NCBI GenBank assembly: GCA_002299895.1 | Contig: DBOC01000008.1 | Location: 112,090-176,089, forward strand | Source: Sphingomonadales bacterium UBA656 | Lineage (GTDB): Bacteria > Pseudomonadota > Alphaproteobacteria > Sphingomonadales > Sphingomonadaceae | Length of the DNA: 64,000 nucleotides | Direction of reading: 5' to 3' | Part shown: in pieces, positions 61,167-64,000 of the stretch | Layout: every line of letters starts with the position of its first letter | Position numbering within the stretch: the first letter of the stretch is position 1 | Program-made: the position numbers and the translations under genes | The notes under the pieces: model-generated | Told to the model about the DNA's origin: nothing | What the model saw: the letters and a program-made list of their open reading frames with translations, nothing else | The model's database searches: none

Positions 61167-62699
61167 CTAACCAATGTCCGGCGCGTCATCGATGCTTTGG
61201 TCATGCTGCAAGTTGGAATTGCGCATACCATAGATGAAATACAATATGATTGCTCCGACGAGGAAATATACAAAGAACATCAGAACATTGTAAGGAACCG
61301 ACGTGATCAGATACAAGCATGACAGGATGCCCAGTATCGGTACAACCGGGTAAAACGGCACCGAGAAGCCTCGAGACAAATCCGGCGCTGCACGGCGCAG
61401 ATAAATCACGGAAAGACAGACGATGGCAAATGCCGCCAAGGTCCCGACCGAGGTCATGTCACCCAGAACATTTATGTCGAAGAAACCAGCGGCAACCGCT
61501 GTGATTGTACCCACCAATAGTGTGTTAATATATGGCGTGTGGAACTTTGGATGCACCTTCGAAAACATCTTCGGCAACAGGCCGTCACGGGCCATAGTGT
61601 AGAAGATACGGGTTTGTGCATACATCAACACCAGCACAACAGACGTCAGACCGATAATCGCACCGACCTTGATGGTCTTTGCCAACCAAGACCATTGTGG
61701 ACCGAAGCTGTCGACGACAACGGCTACAGGATCCGGAACGTTGAGCGATGCATAAGGCACGAGCAAAGTCATGATTGCTGCGACCAACATGTAAATTATG
61801 GTGCAGACAACCAACGAACCGATGATGCCGAAGGGCATATCACGCTTCGGATCTTTTGCTTCTTGTCCAGCGGTCGAAACCGCTTCGAAACCGATATAGG
61901 CAAAGAACACGATTGATGCGGCACGCATGATACCGTCAACACCGAATTGGCCGTCTCCAGTATTTTCCGGAATGAACGGCGTCCAATTTTTCGCCATCAA
62001 TTCTGGCAAGTTGTTCAATACAATATATCCGCCGACCAAAATAAATGCAGCGAGCACGCTGATTTTAACTGCCACAATGACGTTGTTTACTTTGGCCGAT
62101 TCCGACACGCCGACCATCAACAAAAGCGCGAGCACCATGCAGATGAGGAACGCCGGCAGGTTGAAAATAGCAGTTACAGCAACGCCGTCCACCATCAACG
62201 GTACGCCATCGCGCATGACGGCATGCCCTGTCGGCCCCGTGAATTGCGGCGGAATGACAAGGCCGAAGTCTGCGAGCAAACTGACAACATAACCACCCCA
62301 GCCAACGGCAACTACAGATGCGGCTAGACCATATTCAAGTAAAAGAAGCGCGCCCATGATCCAGGCAACAAATTCGCCCAGCGTCGTATAGCTGTAGGTA
62401 TAGGCTGAACCAGACACCGGTAATGTCGAAGAAAGCTCAGCATAGCAAAGCCCTGCAAAAGCGCAGACGATGCCAGCGACAACGAAAGACAGCATGACCG
62501 CAGGGCCCGCATGTAAGGCGGCCGCGCTACCTGTGCGGACGAAAATACCAGCCCCAATGATACACCCAACGCCCAACAGCAGAAGGTTCCATTTGCCCAA
62601 CGAACGTTTGAGTTCGCTGCTTGCCGACTCTCTTTGTACTTGTGCGATCGTTTTGCGCGCGAACATGCGTCGCATCACGGATTGCTGCTCAACGGCCAT
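61167..62699 (-). CDS. APC-family amino acid permease
   Basis: IIGAGIF, AGPAV, CYAEL, GSAYTY, FAYIGFE, RDGLLP. Confidence 0.95.
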   Translation of the reverse strand: MAVEQQSVMRRMFARKTIAQVQRESASSELKRSLGKWNLLLLGVGCIIGAGIFVRTGSAAALHAGPAVMLSFVVAGIVCAFAGLCYAELSSTLPVSGSAYTYSYTTLGEFVAWIMGALLLLEYGLAASVVAVGWGGYVVSLLADFGLVIPPQFTGPTGHAVMRDGVPLMVDGVAVTAIFNLPAFLICMVLALLLMVGVSESAKVNNVIVAVKISVLAAFILVGGYIVLNNLPELMAKNWTPFIPENTGDGQFGVDGIMRAASIVFFAYIGFEAVSTAGQEAKDPKRDMPFGIIGSLVVCTIIYMLVAAIMTLLVPYASLNVPDPVAVVVDSFGPQWSWLAKTIKVGAIIGLTSVVLVLMYAQTRIFYTMARDGLLPKMFSKVHPKFHTPYINTLLVGTITAVAAGFFDINVLGDMTSVGTLAAFAIVCLSVIYLRRAAPDLSRGFSVPFYPVVPILGILSCLYLITSVPYNVLMFFVYFLVGAIILYFIYGMRNSNLQHDQSIDDAPDIG

Positions 62700-62767
62700 C
62701 TTAATCTCCCCGATGGATTTATAATTGCCCGGAACCTAGCCTCAAAATAGCACCGCGCAACTTAATT

Positions 62768-63145
62768 TCACCGCATAAGCATGGGGCCGAGCGGTTTTCC
62801 ACCAAAAATATGGATGTGCAGGTGCGGAACCTCTTGATGCGCGTCCATTCCGATGTTGGCGAGCAAGCGATATCCCAGCTCGACGAGCCCTAATTCCCGC
62901 CCAACATGCCCAACCGCGCGGACAAAGCCGGCTATTTCAACATCGCTGGCTTTGGCGCTGAAATCGTCCCAACTGACATAAGCACCTTTGGGAATTACCA
63001 GCACATGGACGGGGGCTTGCGGGTTGATGTCGTCAAACGCCAAGGCCCATTCGTCCTCAAAAACCTTGCGGCATGGTATCTCGCCACGCAGAATTTTGGC
63101 GAAGATGTTTTGGTTGTCATATTCACGGGTCGGATCAATCGGCAT
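62768..63145 (-). CDS. Histidine triad (HIT) nucleotide-binding protein
   Basis: NIFAKILRGEIPC, DINPQAPVHVLVIPK, HLHIHIFGG. Confidence 0.97.
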   Translation of the reverse strand: MPIDPTREYDNQNIFAKILRGEIPCRKVFEDEWALAFDDINPQAPVHVLVIPKGAYVSWDDFSAKASDVEIAGFVRAVGHVGRELGLVELGYRLLANIGMDAHQEVPHLHIHIFGGKPLGPMLMR

Positions 63146-63160
63146 ATGTCACTCCTTTGC

Positions 63161-63475
63161 TTATGACCGCGACGCTTTTTCGACTAAGCCAGACACCCCT
63201 TCTCTGCGATCCAGTTCAGCGAGCACATCGTCTAGCGTTACGCCAACATCGCGCAGCAATATCATCAAGTGAAAAACGAGATCCGCCGCTTCAGCAGTGA
63301 CATGCGCGGCGTCACCCGACAGCGCGGCGATGATGGTCTCGGTCGCCTCTTCGCCGACCTTTTGCGCGATTTTGCCGCGGCCTTTGGCGTATAAAGATGC
63401 AACATAGCTGCTGTCAGGGGCAGCGTCCGCGCGCTGGGCAATGGTTTGTTCGAGTCTTGTGAGTGTATCGCGCAT
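63161..63475 (-). CDS. hisE: Phosphoribosyl-ATP diphosphatase
   Basis: SSYVASL..KG..KIAQKVGEEATE, EAADLVFH. ATG overlaps the upstream marR stop (TGATG). Confidence 0.96.
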   Translation of the reverse strand: MRDTLTRLEQTIAQRADAAPDSSYVASLYAKGRGKIAQKVGEEATETIIAALSGDAAHVTAEAADLVFHLMILLRDVGVTLDDVLAELDRREGVSGLVEKASRS

Positions 63476-63984
63476 CAAATGTCTTTCTGTAAGGCGACGA
63501 CCATGGCTTTATCCTCAGCCGGGATCAAACCTTCGAGCACACGCCAGAAGCCTGTAACGGATTCCTGCCCAGCCGCCGCATAAGCCGTGGCCAGACTATT
63601 GCGCAATGCATCAAACAATTGTGCCTCGAACTGAATACCTTCGGGCGTAAGGCGCAAGAGTTTCTGACGCCGGTCAACATCACCTGCTCGCGTTTCCACA
63701 AGCCCACGGTCACTCAAATCGGTGAGAACGCGGCCAAGCGATTGTTTGGTTATCGCAAGAATTTTAAGTAACGCACTAATCGGCAGATCAGGCTGGCGTG
63801 CGATGAAATAAAGCGCGCGATGATGCGCACGGCCAAGGCCATGTTCGGCGAGCCCTTCATCGATTGCGCGGGTAAGCCGCGTATAACCAAAGAACAAAAG
63901 CTCAACCCCGCGCCGTACTTCATTTTCACGAAGGAACAGAGGCGATGCAGTCGGCGGCACAGAAATAGAAGATGGGACAGCCAT
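63475..63984 (-). CDS. MarR family regulator (PetP-like)
   Basis: LFLRE..VRRGVELLFFGY, GRAHHRALYFI, ITKQSLGRVL, DRRQKLLRLT. Confidence 0.9.
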   Translation of the reverse strand: MAVPSSISVPPTASPLFLRENEVRRGVELLFFGYTRLTRAIDEGLAEHGLGRAHHRALYFIARQPDLPISALLKILAITKQSLGRVLTDLSDRGLVETRAGDVDRRQKLLRLTPEGIQFEAQLFDALRNSLATAYAAAGQESVTGFWRVLEGLIPAEDKAMVVALQKDI

Positions 63985-64000
63985 ATTGACGTATCTTGGC

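Overview
This 64 kb window is core chromosome from an alphaproteobacterium. The gene set and protein sequences look Sphingomonadaceae-like, probably Sphingorhabdus-like; that placement is inferred, not searched. Left to right: an acyl-CoA ligase running off the left edge, a DUF938 methyltransferase, a gcvH remnant, gcvT, dgt, a TPR-SPOR protein, and the complete dcw cluster (mraZ to ftsZ, minus strand). Next come cysK with two uncharacterised membrane genes, a TonB receptor with a Zur-like box, tatABC-scpAB-nagZ-DUF1993-SPOR-argS, and ispH-thrB-rnhA. Then FAH, a C13 peptidase, marR and maiA, followed by gcrA-PaaI-parE, lysR-apaG-metZ-leuB-recO-uvrC, the F0 ATP synthase genes, radC, a Bcr/CflA MFS transporter, an APC permease, and HIT-hisE-marR. 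I found no rRNA, tRNA, CRISPR array, transposase, prophage or defence island, and I cannot support a claim for a wholly new multi-gene system. Two signals are not explained by the ORF track. (1) The glycine cleavage operon appears to be decaying: a 40-codon gcvH remnant lacking the lipoyl-Lys sits right after a gcvT with several substitutions at normally conserved positions, and gcvP is absent. (2) Four 89-90 bp CGTC-tagged double-hairpin repeats show compensatory changes that preserve their structure. Start codons were adjusted from the ORF track where an RBS or stop/start overlap pointed to a later start.
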